From Candidatus Omnitrophota bacterium (lineage in GTDB: Bacteria; Omnitrophota; Gorgyraeia; Gorgyraeales; Gorgyraeaceae), in the NCBI GenBank assembly GCA_043814965.1, contig JBDRJN010000003.1, positions 136,677 to 200,676 of the forward strand: 64,000 nt of DNA, given 5' to 3'. Positions 21,078 through 30,699 of the stretch are shown here, one piece after another. Each line of letters opens with the position of its first letter. Position 1 is the first letter of the stretch. The translations under genes were made by a program, and so were the position numbers. Under the pieces are notes generated by a model, which had not been told where the DNA came from, did not search any database, and worked only from the letters and a program-made list of their open reading frames with translations.

Positions 21078-21687
21078 GGCTCATAAACCTCAAGAAAGAC
21101 TCTGATCTTTTTCTTAATGCCTTCTGATTAAACCTCTCAAGAAACATATATAGCTTTTCTTTGCTAAGCTGCTTAAAAAACATATCCTTATTTATGCGTA
21201 AACTCGCAAAACCATCTTCATCTTTTATGTTCGGATTAATATATAAATAATCCAAAATAGCCTTTTCCATGCTGGCAATCTTAAAATATTTATCCCCATA
21301 TTTTACCAAAATATACCCAAAAAAAAGCCTGGGCGTTACAGTCCTATATATAAATTCTGCTATCCGGGTCTTGAATCTATATGTCCTGCGGGTAGAAACA
21401 GCGGTAATTCCGTAGACGCTTTCAGGGATCAACTGGTAATAAGAAAGCGCCATCTCAAAAGAAATATATGAAGGAGGATATATCTTGTTGGAGATCTCGA
21501 AAAGCGCCTTTTCATTAAGCTTTAAATCAGAAAAGACATAATACCCCCTCACTACCTTTATAATATACCCCTTATCCTGCCATTCATTCAGCCTTGTGCG
21601 GAAAAAATTACCTTTAAGGGATTTAATGTCATTAAAGGAAAATATCGTGAAGTCCTTTAGGGCATTTCTTAATTCAAGATAGTGCAT
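21070..21687 (-). CDS. AbiEi-family antitoxin / transcriptional regulator
   Basis: RGYY, SYISFEMALSYYQLIPE, EKAILDYLY; directly upstream of AbiEii-like gene. Confidence 0.85.
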   Translation of the reverse strand: MHYLELRNALKDFTIFSFNDIKSLKGNFFRTRLNEWQDKGYIIKVVRGYYVFSDLKLNEKALFEISNKIYPPSYISFEMALSYYQLIPESVYGITAVSTRRTYRFKTRIAEFIYRTVTPRLFFGYILVKYGDKYFKIASMEKAILDYLYINPNIKDEDGFASLRINKDMFFKQLSKEKLYMFLERFNQKALRKRSESFLRFMSHA

Positions 21688-21728
21688 TATATTTCTCCAA
21701 GATACTATTTTTAGTACTTATACGAAAT

Positions 21729-21757
21729 ATATTACCCTATTTATGGGGAAAATGCAA
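21729..21757 (-). promoter_or_regulatory. Putative sigma70 promoter of the AbiE pair
   Basis: Minus strand TTGCAT-17 nt-TAATAT. Confidence 0.5.
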
Positions 21758-21770
21758 GGAATTTTTCATT

Positions 21771-22901
21771 TTAAACTTTTAACTTTTTCGCATCCTCCAG
21801 CATCTTCGCCCTCGCATGCGCCACTTCGCAGAAATAATCTATCGGCTTATCGAGCTCTCCACACTCAAGATGCGCATGAGCAGGACACCATAAACATAGG
21901 TTCACAATATTACAAACCTTACATTTCTCAAGAAATTCTTTCCTGTTTGAAGTCATTGCTCTTACGTTAGGTACAAAGTTCTCCCAAGCATCCCTAAGAG
22001 TCCCTTTTCTTAGATCATACATACATTTAGGATTGTGCAGAGATGAACAAAGCTTGAACATGCCTTCATAGCTGATATCAAAGTTACTATTACCTGCGCC
22101 GCAATAAAATATATTATTTCCATCAGAATGTGAATCTTTAGATAAAATAAGACTTGAACAGTTTTTCTCCAAAAACTGAAACCTCTTGGAGTCCTGACTT
22201 TCTACTATAATTATCTCATCAGGAGAAAGTCTTTCTAAAGATATTTCTTGATTCCTTTTTTTGTCAGAATCAAATCTCATGTGCAGAAAAGGATCAAAAC
22301 GAAAATAATCAGTAGTCCTTTCTCTACAAAAACTAGCTATTTGAGGTAACTCATCAACATTAGAGTGTAGTGCCATTGCTTTAAAACGTACTTTTATCTT
22401 ATTTTTAAGCAATATATCAAGTCCTTTCATAAATGCCTCGAAAGAACCAGGCTTTCTAGTAACCTTTTCATAGGTTTTTTTCGTAACACCATATACTGTC
22501 ACTTCCAGGTTTCTCGGAGGATATTTTTTAAATAAATCTATATGTCTGTCAGTTATCAACGTAGCATTAGTAAACACTGACACAAATAATCCCATTTTTT
22601 TAAGTAATATATAAACCTCAAAAAAATCCTCTCTCAATAATGGCTCACCGCCTGTTATAAGACACCATACAGCCCCCATATTCACTGCTTGAGTTGCTAT
22701 ATGTTCTATCTCGCTAATAGTTAATTCTTTCTTTTTTGCATCAGCATCATTTTTAGGTAGGTTTATATAGCAGTGTCTGCAATTATTATTACATCTTGCG
22801 GTAAGTTCTAGATTAAAAGAAATGATATTCATTCCTTCTTTCATCTTATCCCACATCTTAAAATCAGGTAATTTCTTACGCTTTACGAAAGGACTATCCA
22901 T
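21771..22901 (-). CDS. Radical SAM/SPASM peptide maturase candidate 3
   Basis: CNNNCRHC, TGGEP, C-terminal CGAG...C...CKVC...CLWCP...C. Confidence 0.9.
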   Translation of the reverse strand: MDSPFVKRKKLPDFKMWDKMKEGMNIISFNLELTARCNNNCRHCYINLPKNDADAKKKELTISEIEHIATQAVNMGAVWCLITGGEPLLREDFFEVYILLKKMGLFVSVFTNATLITDRHIDLFKKYPPRNLEVTVYGVTKKTYEKVTRKPGSFEAFMKGLDILLKNKIKVRFKAMALHSNVDELPQIASFCRERTTDYFRFDPFLHMRFDSDKKRNQEISLERLSPDEIIIVESQDSKRFQFLEKNCSSLILSKDSHSDGNNIFYCGAGNSNFDISYEGMFKLCSSLHNPKCMYDLRKGTLRDAWENFVPNVRAMTSNRKEFLEKCKVCNIVNLCLWCPAHAHLECGELDKPIDYFCEVAHARAKMLEDAKKLKV

Positions 22902-23427
22902 TTAACACTACCTTCTTGATCCGATCTCTTATAAAAAGTGGTATCAATATTCTCCATAGATATATAAAAAGATTAATAAGCCTGGTCTTTGTTAAAAAAA
23001 AGATCAGAAAACGCGTTCTCCTGTTGCCAAAAAAAATATTCTTATTATTTCTTTCTATTTTTTCTACAAATGCCAGCATATCTTCTTTTTTAATTATGCC
23101 ATCTATCCATAACATACTATCGCCTTTTAAGACATAACAGTCTCTTTTTCTTCCTATTATTCTATGAACAGTAAGCCGCCTTGTAACAGGATGTATAAAA
23201 GCAGCCATATCTCCAAGACAAAAATCACCTTTGTCGTTTAATCGACAAAGTGTTATTGTATCCCCATCCATAATAAAAGGTGACATACTAAACCCCTTTG
23301 CCTTAAACCTAAATCCAGCGTTTTTGTTTAACGTTACTTTGAGTAACTCTATAAAAGCTGAGCTGTCAAAAACGATGTCCTGTCCTTCTTTTATAAAATA
23401 ACTAGCTTTATTTCTTTCGATTTTCAA
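22894..23427 (-). CDS. S24/S26-family peptidase (leader peptidase candidate)
   Basis: GFSMSPFIMDGD, HRII, KGD motifs. Confidence 0.8.
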   Translation of the reverse strand: MKIERNKASYFIKEGQDIVFDSSAFIELLKVTLNKNAGFRFKAKGFSMSPFIMDGDTITLCRLNDKGDFCLGDMAAFIHPVTRRLTVHRIIGRKRDCYVLKGDSMLWIDGIIKKEDMLAFVEKIERNNKNIFFGNRRTRFLIFFLTKTRLINLFIYLWRILIPLFIRDRIKKVVLNG

Positions 23428-23719
23428 TCACCATCTTTCTTTTTAAAAGCTCATTCGTCAATCCTAGCACATCTTCCTTGATCTCGTCTTTCCCTCCCTC
23501 AAACTTTTCAGCTAGCCGTCCTATGACTTCTTCAAGTGTACTCTTGCCATCAAGCTCATTCCATATGGCCCTACCAGTCTCATTCAGAGTAAATATCTCG
23601 TCCTCCATATCCCCTACTCCGGAAGTTATAGGGATTATTATAAATTCCCCTTGTATTTCGCGAGCCACCACAGCTTCCGATATCTTATAAGTTTTTTTAA
23701 TATCAAGCGCTGTTTTCAT
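23408..23719 (-). CDS. PqqD-family RiPP recognition element
   Basis: VVAREIQGE, FTLNETGRAIWNELDG, DVLGLTNEL; start at ATG 23719 after GGAG. Confidence 0.9.
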   Translation of the reverse strand: MKTALDIKKTYKISEAVVAREIQGEFIIIPITSGVGDMEDEIFTLNETGRAIWNELDGKSTLEEVIGRLAEKFEGGKDEIKEDVLGLTNELLKRKMVIENRKK

Positions 23720-23735
23720 AAATCGTCTCCTTTTT

Positions 23736-24935
23736 TTAAAAAACCTTTTTATTGACAAACCTATCTATTCTTTTTTTCCAATCTTTAACTTCCCATGCAT
23801 TTTCGCTTTTTCCTATAAGACCTAGAAATCTAGCCTGAACATGGGCAATTTTACACAAGTATTCTACAGGAGTATCTAGAGTTCCATGCTCTGACCAGGA
23901 CTTCCCAGGACATTGTTCACATAGGCCTTTTAAAAAACACCTGGCACACCGAGACAGATATTCTGGATCTTTAGCTTTTATCTTTCTTATTTTTGGAAAA
24001 AAATTAATGACAGCATCTCTTAGGGAGCCTTTTTTGAGATCATAAACTAAGTCGGGATGCCTCACCAGCATACAAGGCTGAAAATTGCCATAACTATCCA
24101 CGCAACCGCTATCTTTTCCTGATCCGCAAGAAAAGATATACTCACCTGAAGGATGCATGAACTTTGAACAAAATTCCTGCATACTTTTGATATGGTTTTT
24201 TTGCTTTCCTTTGGAAATATCCAAACTTTCTTTAGGTACAACTCTAAGTTTTTTTATGATATCATTCTTTTTAGTATCATCTCTGCGAGACCTCAGGTCA
24301 AAAGATGCTGAATATGATGGCTTTTTTTTGTCCATCCATGGAATAGTACTAGTCCATTTTTCAAATTCTTCCATGTCTTTTTTATTGGTAGGTAAAAGCG
24401 TTCCTTTAACAATAAAAGGAATATTGTGTTTCAATAATAGGTCTATTCCCCTCTTAAAATCCTTAAAAGACCCTTTGATCCGTGTACAAGCTTCATAAGA
24501 AGACTCTTTCATACCATAGACGCTTACTTCTATTTTTTTTAATGGCGGAATATCATTAAAGAGCTCTGCTAAATGAGGGGTGATCAAGGTAGCATTTGTA
24601 AATAAGATGACCTTTAGCCCTAACTTTCTTGCGTATACATAAAGCTCTTCAAAATCCTCTCTTAAAAGCGGCTCCCCTCCTGTAAATCTTACAACCATAC
24701 AACCAAGCTCAACTGCTTCTTTTAATATGGTCTTTATCTTATCTGTCGAGAGCTCTCTTTTTTTAGCATCTCTGTCATCGATGGGTAGATTTATATAGCA
24801 ATGTATACAATTGCTATTACACCTTTCCGTAATTTCAATGTCAAGATGAGGCAGGGGAGAAGTTTTTATTCTCCAATAAAAATCCTTACCTATTATCTTC
24901 TTAGTAGCATAAGAAATATTCTTTTTCATTATCAC
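23736..24935 (-). CDS. Radical SAM/SPASM peptide maturase candidate 2
   Basis: CNSNCIHC, TGGEP, CGSG...C...PC...CARC...CEQCPG...C. Confidence 0.9.
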   Translation of the reverse strand: MIMKKNISYATKKIIGKDFYWRIKTSPLPHLDIEITERCNSNCIHCYINLPIDDRDAKKRELSTDKIKTILKEAVELGCMVVRFTGGEPLLREDFEELYVYARKLGLKVILFTNATLITPHLAELFNDIPPLKKIEVSVYGMKESSYEACTRIKGSFKDFKRGIDLLLKHNIPFIVKGTLLPTNKKDMEEFEKWTSTIPWMDKKKPSYSASFDLRSRRDDTKKNDIIKKLRVVPKESLDISKGKQKNHIKSMQEFCSKFMHPSGEYIFSCGSGKDSGCVDSYGNFQPCMLVRHPDLVYDLKKGSLRDAVINFFPKIRKIKAKDPEYLSRCARCFLKGLCEQCPGKSWSEHGTLDTPVEYLCKIAHVQARFLGLIGKSENAWEVKDWKKRIDRFVNKKVF

Positions 24936-24950
24936 TGTATATCAGCTGAA

Positions 24951-26918
24951 CTATATATCTTGTAATATGTTCAATATATTTCCGCTTTTGTCAAAATAAA
25001 GATTATAAAATGTACCTTCATCGGCCATTTTTTCGATAAACTGGAGGGATTTTTCCCACCACTCTACCGTAACGAATGGCTTTATTAAACGCGGAAGAAG
25101 CTTTCTGGTTATTTCTCTTTTATCATTGATCAATTCTATCTTATTTTCCTTTGATTTATTCAGAAAAAATACCCCTTTTAGTAGAGCCGAAGCATTAGAG
25201 ACTTCAGGTATCTCACCATGGCTCCATGTACCATACATCTTAAACCCTTCAGGCTGCTTCCTAACGATAATTCTATCATCGCAGAGTATTTTTGAGCTGC
25301 CTTTTAGCATTTTTATCATTGTGGATTTACCAGCTCCTGACACACCAACAAAAAGCAACCCCTTCCCTTCGAGTTCAACGCCACTTGCGTGCAAGACACA
25401 GCCCTCTCTATCTGCCAATAATCTTGCTAAAAATATTTGATCTGTTGGGAGAAGGCTGAGGGTTTGTAAACCTCCTTTAGAAAAATGCTTTCCTATGTTA
25501 CTATACACACTAATGCTGGTATGCTCATTATTGAATACTACTATCTTATGGATCTTTTTTTCTATATTATCCGGCAATATCCCCATATATATCCAGGAAA
25601 GGCCTTTCTTATATATTGCCCAAGGGAGTCTTTTATAATATAGCTCCCCTAAATCCTTTTCCTTAAGATCAGGTAATTTAAAATGATGTCTTATCTTAAC
25701 GATATCTTTCCCTGGTTTATTTACTTCAAATTGCTTAAACTTAGCGCTAAATGTCTTATTATTTATAGGCATATCTGAGTCTACTCGTATTGTTACATCT
25801 GCGATATTAAAATAGCGCCTGTTATTTTTCTTCCAATCTTCTTTAAGCTTCCTATTTTCTTTTGCCATATCACACAGATAGTCGATCTTTTTGCTAAATT
25901 TACGGTGCTCAAGATAACTATACACAGGACAGATAAGGCAATTGCTTTTCAAATCACACTTGCCGCAATTCCTTAAATAATCTTTCGTAACCTTTATCTT
26001 ATCTGCCAAAGATGGGATAAGCTCTTCCCAGACTTTTTTAAAACTGCTTTTTTTTAAACTATACCTAAGGCCAGGTTCTTTGACAAACGAGCAAAAACTC
26101 ATCCCACCATAAGGATCTATATGAAATTCTCTTCTATTCTTTATGCACGAAGAAAAAAGGTGTGTCTCTGGTTTTGGACAAAGACCAGTATTTCTATTAT
26201 CCTCGGTAGATAAATCTATTGTATCAAGCCTTGCTGCCTCTTTCGGCGAAAGACGCTGGTAAATTATCTCTTTATTGACTTTTTCATCACCGCTTGCTGA
26301 TAAAAAAAGCCAGGCTGCTCCTATCCTATAGTGTTTACTCAAAGACCGGGCCAATAGTTTCATTTTCTCAAATTCATGGTAATTATCTCTCATAGGGACA
26401 AGCTGTATCATAAAACCAGCTCTTGCCTCTTTTAGATATCTAATGCCTTGCATGGTAGCCTCAAAAGAACCTGGATTTCTCGTAATATGATCATGCACTT
26501 TGGCTGTAGCGCCATAAAGCGCTATCATCTTTGCTCCGATCCTTTTAAAAAGTCCTGCGATCTTTTTTGTAATAAGTGACCCATTAGTATTAATACTATA
26601 TGATCTTGAATTAGAGGTTATATAATCGAATATCTCTAAAAAATCAGGCCTTAGTATTGGTTCACCGCCTGATATAGACCATTTGTGACAACCCATAGTC
26701 TTTGCATCATCTACTATTTTTTTTATATCTTCCAAGGAAAGTTCATGTCTTTTGTCTTTAGAATCAGGCGATATCCTAAGCCAGCAATGTCTGCAATTAT
26801 TATTACAACGGTATGTCAAGTCAATAATCCCTTCAAAAGGAAGTCTCGGCATATTAAATGACCTTTTCATTAAAACATATCTATCCTGATGTCTATTAGA
26901 TTTTATAAGATTACTCAT
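24951..26918 (-). CDS. Radical SAM/SPASM enzyme fused to C-terminal HprK-like P-loop kinase domain
   Basis: CNNNCRHC, SGGEP, CGKC...CLICP; C-terminal LHASGV...GVSGAGKST...DDR. Confidence 0.85.
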   Translation of the reverse strand: MSNLIKSNRHQDRYVLMKRSFNMPRLPFEGIIDLTYRCNNNCRHCWLRISPDSKDKRHELSLEDIKKIVDDAKTMGCHKWSISGGEPILRPDFLEIFDYITSNSRSYSINTNGSLITKKIAGLFKRIGAKMIALYGATAKVHDHITRNPGSFEATMQGIRYLKEARAGFMIQLVPMRDNYHEFEKMKLLARSLSKHYRIGAAWLFLSASGDEKVNKEIIYQRLSPKEAARLDTIDLSTEDNRNTGLCPKPETHLFSSCIKNRREFHIDPYGGMSFCSFVKEPGLRYSLKKSSFKKVWEELIPSLADKIKVTKDYLRNCGKCDLKSNCLICPVYSYLEHRKFSKKIDYLCDMAKENRKLKEDWKKNNRRYFNIADVTIRVDSDMPINNKTFSAKFKQFEVNKPGKDIVKIRHHFKLPDLKEKDLGELYYKRLPWAIYKKGLSWIYMGILPDNIEKKIHKIVVFNNEHTSISVYSNIGKHFSKGGLQTLSLLPTDQIFLARLLADREGCVLHASGVELEGKGLLFVGVSGAGKSTMIKMLKGSSKILCDDRIIVRKQPEGFKMYGTWSHGEIPEVSNASALLKGVFFLNKSKENKIELINDKREITRKLLPRLIKPFVTVEWWEKSLQFIEKMADEGTFYNLYFDKSGNILNILQDI

Positions 26919-27050
26919 GTAAAGTTAATATATTTACTCTTGGGCCTTTGGCGGGAAACAAAATGTGAATAATAAAAACAAGACCAGGCTACTAAGTAAT
27001 TTCCTAGTCACAACTGCTTCATCGATAAAATATCAAGCAATGATTAAAAA

Positions 27051-27254
27051 TCAAGACTGATCAAGATTATAACAAACTGCGCATTCTCGCGGCCATGAAA
27101 TCGCAGTAAAAGACTGACAGCCGCCAAATACTGAGCCTGCATAGATATAATATGTCTCATCCTTCTTACAGATCGTCAAGACATTTTCACCCTTGGCTTT
27201 TACCATTACGACCAGATTTGGTTTTTTCCACTTGTTTCTTGGTTTCTTCACCAT
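27051..27254 (-). CDS. Cys4 RiPP precursor peptide candidate A
   Basis: 67 aa, WKKPNL leader, four Cys, ends CAVCYNLDQS; first gene before rSAM operon; GAGGG RBS. Confidence 0.82.
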   Translation of the reverse strand: MVKKPRNKWKKPNLVVMVKAKGENVLTICKKDETYYIYAGSVFGGCQSFTAISWPRECAVCYNLDQS

Positions 27255-27410
27255 CTTATCCCTCTAACCTCAATATTATAAGAAGTTACATATATCATTT
27301 TCTTTATTAAAGAGTACATTATATATGTTAGATTGTCAAGAGAATTTGTTACTTCTATTACCCAATAATATATATTGCTTTATACCTAGCTATATGCTAT
27401 TTATTATAGT

Positions 27411-28403
27411 ATGGAAAAGAATAAAAAAAGCATACTTTTACTCTGCAAAATAGATTTGACTGGATCTGAAAAAAAAGAGATATCTATATCATTTAACACA
27501 GAAGGCTTCTGGGCTGATTTGGACAAATTCGCCGAGATTAACCGCGTGTACCCTCTAATATATTCTCAACTTAAAAAAATAGACTCTGACCTTATTATCC
27601 CTGAAAAAATGACAAAAATTTATCTTTATAGCTTAAAAATAAATACTTTATTAAAAAAAGAATTTTTATCCGTGCGAGATAAGCTATTGGAAAACAAAAT
27701 ACCTGTGATCCCTCTGAAAGGAATAGACCTAGAAGATAGGATATATAAAAACATTGGCGCAAGAAATATGGTAGATATCGATATATTAGTCAAAAAGGAG
27801 GATTCGGAAAAAGCAAAAACAGTGCTCAAAAGTCTGTCTTACAGCGCTTATCCAAAAATATCACCAGAATCTCAAATAATACTATCGAAAAAGATGTCTC
27901 CCAGTGTTATCTCTAACATAGACCTTCACTGGGAGATTTTTCCTCCCAGGCCATACAAGATCAGCTTGCCTGGCATATGGACCTCTGACAAACTAAGGCT
28001 TGAAGATGCGGTCATTGTTACGACACTTCATATTAGACGCCATATTAGACAAGCTACTTTTAAAGATTTTTGCGATGTCCTCAATATCTTAGAACAAAAA
28101 GAATCTAATATTGACTATTCGTACCTTAAAAAAATTGCTAAAAAAAATCATATCAAAAACTGCCTTAGCTTCTCTATCTTCGCTATCAATAACATATTCG
28201 GGACTGACTTACCTCAACTTTTTAAGATAAGCTCTTTTAGAAAAAAAATATTACTTTACCTTTTCCCTCAAGACATATTTTTCAAAGAAACAAAAAATAA
28301 AGTCAAGCTATCCATTTTAAGGATTTTTCTATTCGATTCGATCATAGACATCATTGTTTACATTGTCAGGGTCAGTTTATTCGAAAGAAGATTCAAGATA
28401 TGA
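27411..28403 (+). CDS. Nucleotidyltransferase family protein (NTP_transf_5-like)
   Basis: IPLKG, RNMVDIDILV, IDLHW. Confidence 0.85.
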   Translation: MEKNKKSILLLCKIDLTGSEKKEISISFNTEGFWADLDKFAEINRVYPLIYSQLKKIDSDLIIPEKMTKIYLYSLKINTLLKKEFLSVRDKLLENKIPVIPLKGIDLEDRIYKNIGARNMVDIDILVKKEDSEKAKTVLKSLSYSAYPKISPESQIILSKKMSPSVISNIDLHWEIFPPRPYKISLPGIWTSDKLRLEDAVIVTTLHIRRHIRQATFKDFCDVLNILEQKESNIDYSYLKKIAKKNHIKNCLSFSIFAINNIFGTDLPQLFKISSFRKKILLYLFPQDIFFKETKNKVKLSILRIFLFDSIIDIIVYIVRVSLFERRFKI

Positions 28404-29515
28404 TAATCTCCCATATTGGTTCAAGAGGTATCCCTGCTGTGTATAGTGGGGTCGAAAACGCCATAGAAGAACTTTCAAAACGCCTAGTAGAGCAAGGTAT
28501 TGATATAACTGTATACTGCCATTCAAAAAAAATAAAAACATCCTATTACAGCTTTACAAAACTGATAGAACTTCCTACTATACATACAAAACACCTTGCA
28601 ACCATTGTCCATTCCCTTATATCGACTATTCATGTAATATTTACAGATACTGACATAGTACATTACCATGGGATCGGCTCGTCAATCTTTTCATTTATCC
28701 CTCGCATATTTGGCAAAAAAACTATTGTGACCGTACACGCCCTGGACTGGAAAAGAAAAAAATGGAATAAACTCGTACAATTTTTATTAAAACTGTGTGA
28801 GATAAGCGCCTTATATTTCCCAAACAAAACAATAGTAGTGTCAAAGCATCTAAAAAATTATTTTAAAAATAAGTATAATAAAGAAACTTATTTCATTCCC
28901 AATGGTGTAAATATACAAAAAGGTCTCCAGGATACCCCATCAGAAGACTATATACTCTTTGTTGGACGACTAGTACCAGAGAAGGGTATACAATATTTAA
29001 TAAGGGCATTTAACGATATAAATACCGATAAAGAACTTTGGATAGCAGGCCAAGCTAGTTATACTGATTGGTATTTCAGGGAATTAAAAAAAATCTCTCA
29101 AAAAAATATAAGGTTTTTAGGGCCTATTTATGGGGAAAAACTGTCTGCTTTATACAATAATGCCTATATATTCGTATTGCCTTCTGAAATAGAGGGCTGC
29201 CCTATAGCGCTTTTGGAAGCAATGTCACACAAAAAATGCTGCCTAATAAGTAATATACCTGAATGTGTAGAAATAGGCTCTGATTGCACCATGACTTTTG
29301 AAAATAAAGATCATGCTGATCTAAAGAAAAAACTAGAATTGCTTCTAAATGACCCTCAGTTGGTATATGACTTAGGTAAAAAGGCTTGGGGGAAAATAAA
29401 GATAGATTACGACTGGGGTAATATAGTCCTAACATTAAAAAACATCTATCTTTCGCTAGATGAAATCTCTCTATCAAAAGATATTATTAGACCGATGACT
29501 AACCAAAATAAATAA
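28400..29515 (+). CDS. Glycosyltransferase family 4
   Basis: GSRGIPAVYSGVE, FVGRLVPEKG, EGCPIALLEAM. Confidence 0.92.
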   Translation: MIISHIGSRGIPAVYSGVENAIEELSKRLVEQGIDITVYCHSKKIKTSYYSFTKLIELPTIHTKHLATIVHSLISTIHVIFTDTDIVHYHGIGSSIFSFIPRIFGKKTIVTVHALDWKRKKWNKLVQFLLKLCEISALYFPNKTIVVSKHLKNYFKNKYNKETYFIPNGVNIQKGLQDTPSEDYILFVGRLVPEKGIQYLIRAFNDINTDKELWIAGQASYTDWYFRELKKISQKNIRFLGPIYGEKLSALYNNAYIFVLPSEIEGCPIALLEAMSHKKCCLISNIPECVEIGSDCTMTFENKDHADLKKKLELLLNDPQLVYDLGKKAWGKIKIDYDWGNIVLTLKNIYLSLDEISLSKDIIRPMTNQNK

Positions 29516-30699
29516 AAAGAAGTTTTCCATAAGAATGCATCAAATGTATTCACGTTGAATAACATAGCTGTAAAACCTATCAAAACAACTGAAAACATCT
29601 CTTTTCTATATCCTTCTGATTTCTTGTAGCACAAAAAAGACCTTTTTATAATGCTCTCCAGAAATATTATAAAACCTACAGAACCTATCACCCCTGTCTC
29701 CGCCAAATGCATAAGATAGACACTATCAGGTATCATAAGTTCATGTGGAAGTCTTAGGCTTGAGTATTCGTTAAAAACCAACCTGAAGTTATTAAGCCCT
29801 ATGCCTACGAAAGGGTGGTGTCTTAACATGTTCCATGTAACAAGATACGCGCCAGTCCTATGCCCTGTGCTCAAATAGCTCCATAACCTTTGTATGCTGA
29901 ACCTATGTGTAAACTCTGAGATAACATATAACCTGAGTGAACAAAAAATAATAAACAAAATCCCTAAACACAGAACAAAAATTACAGTTTTAAATCTCTT
30001 CTTTAAGATCAGTAAAATCAAAAATGTCAGAAATCCTGCCAGATAGGTGCCTCTTGAAAAAGTAAAGACCATTGCGGAAAATATAACTAAAAATACTGTG
30101 AAATTAAAATTCTTTAGCGTTTTTCTCTTCTCACTTTTATAAAAATAATACGCTAACGGCAAGCAAGTTATAAGGTAAGACCCCAATATGTTAGGGTGTG
30201 CCAATGTCGACATCATGCGTTTTTCTTCTATTAAATACCTATGATAAAAATAGTTACTTATATATCTTTCGTATATTATATTGCGTTCGAACAGCATCTC
30301 TAAGAAACCAAAAAATGCTACTAGTCCAGCACATATACATAAAACATATAAGACGCTCTTTACATTTTTAGAATTAATTTCGTTTCTAGCCAAATAATAT
30401 ATCGGGATTGCGCTAAGGACAAAATCTCTATAATAAACATAGGAAGATAGTTTATTTTGAGAAAAGTATATGTTTATAGAAAAAAGAAAAAGATATACCC
30501 AGAAAAATTTACCATTATCAAGAAAATATTCTTTAAAATCATGCCTTTTTTTAAAGAAACTGACTAAAAACAAAATCCATAATATTATATTAAATACATT
30601 ATTATACTGAAATTTTATTGGGTCTGGGACAAAAGATATCCAAATGATAAATAGGATCATAAAAAAAAGAACTATTCTTTCACTAGATATTTTCGACAT
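29446..30699 (-). CDS. O-antigen ligase (Wzy_C) family membrane protein
   Basis: Polytopic, HPNILG, FSRG, HPFVGIGLNNF, LAETG. Confidence 0.85.
   Translation of the reverse strand: MSKISSERIVLFFMILFIIWISFVPDPIKFQYNNVFNIILWILFLVSFFKKRHDFKEYFLDNGKFFWVYLFLFSINIYFSQNKLSSYVYYRDFVLSAIPIYYLARNEINSKNVKSVLYVLCICAGLVAFFGFLEMLFERNIIYERYISNYFYHRYLIEEKRMMSTLAHPNILGSYLITCLPLAYYFYKSEKRKTLKNFNFTVFLVIFSAMVFTFSRGTYLAGFLTFLILLILKKRFKTVIFVLCLGILFIIFCSLRLYVISEFTHRFSIQRLWSYLSTGHRTGAYLVTWNMLRHHPFVGIGLNNFRLVFNEYSSLRLPHELMIPDSVYLMHLAETGVIGSVGFIIFLESIIKRSFLCYKKSEGYRKEMFSVVLIGFTAMLFNVNTFDAFLWKTSFYLFWLVIGLIISFDREISSSER

Noticed and set aside
21771-26918. PQQ biosynthesis operon
   Set aside because: PqqD-like and SPASM genes are present, but pqqB, pqqC and a PqqA-type ExxxY peptide are not.
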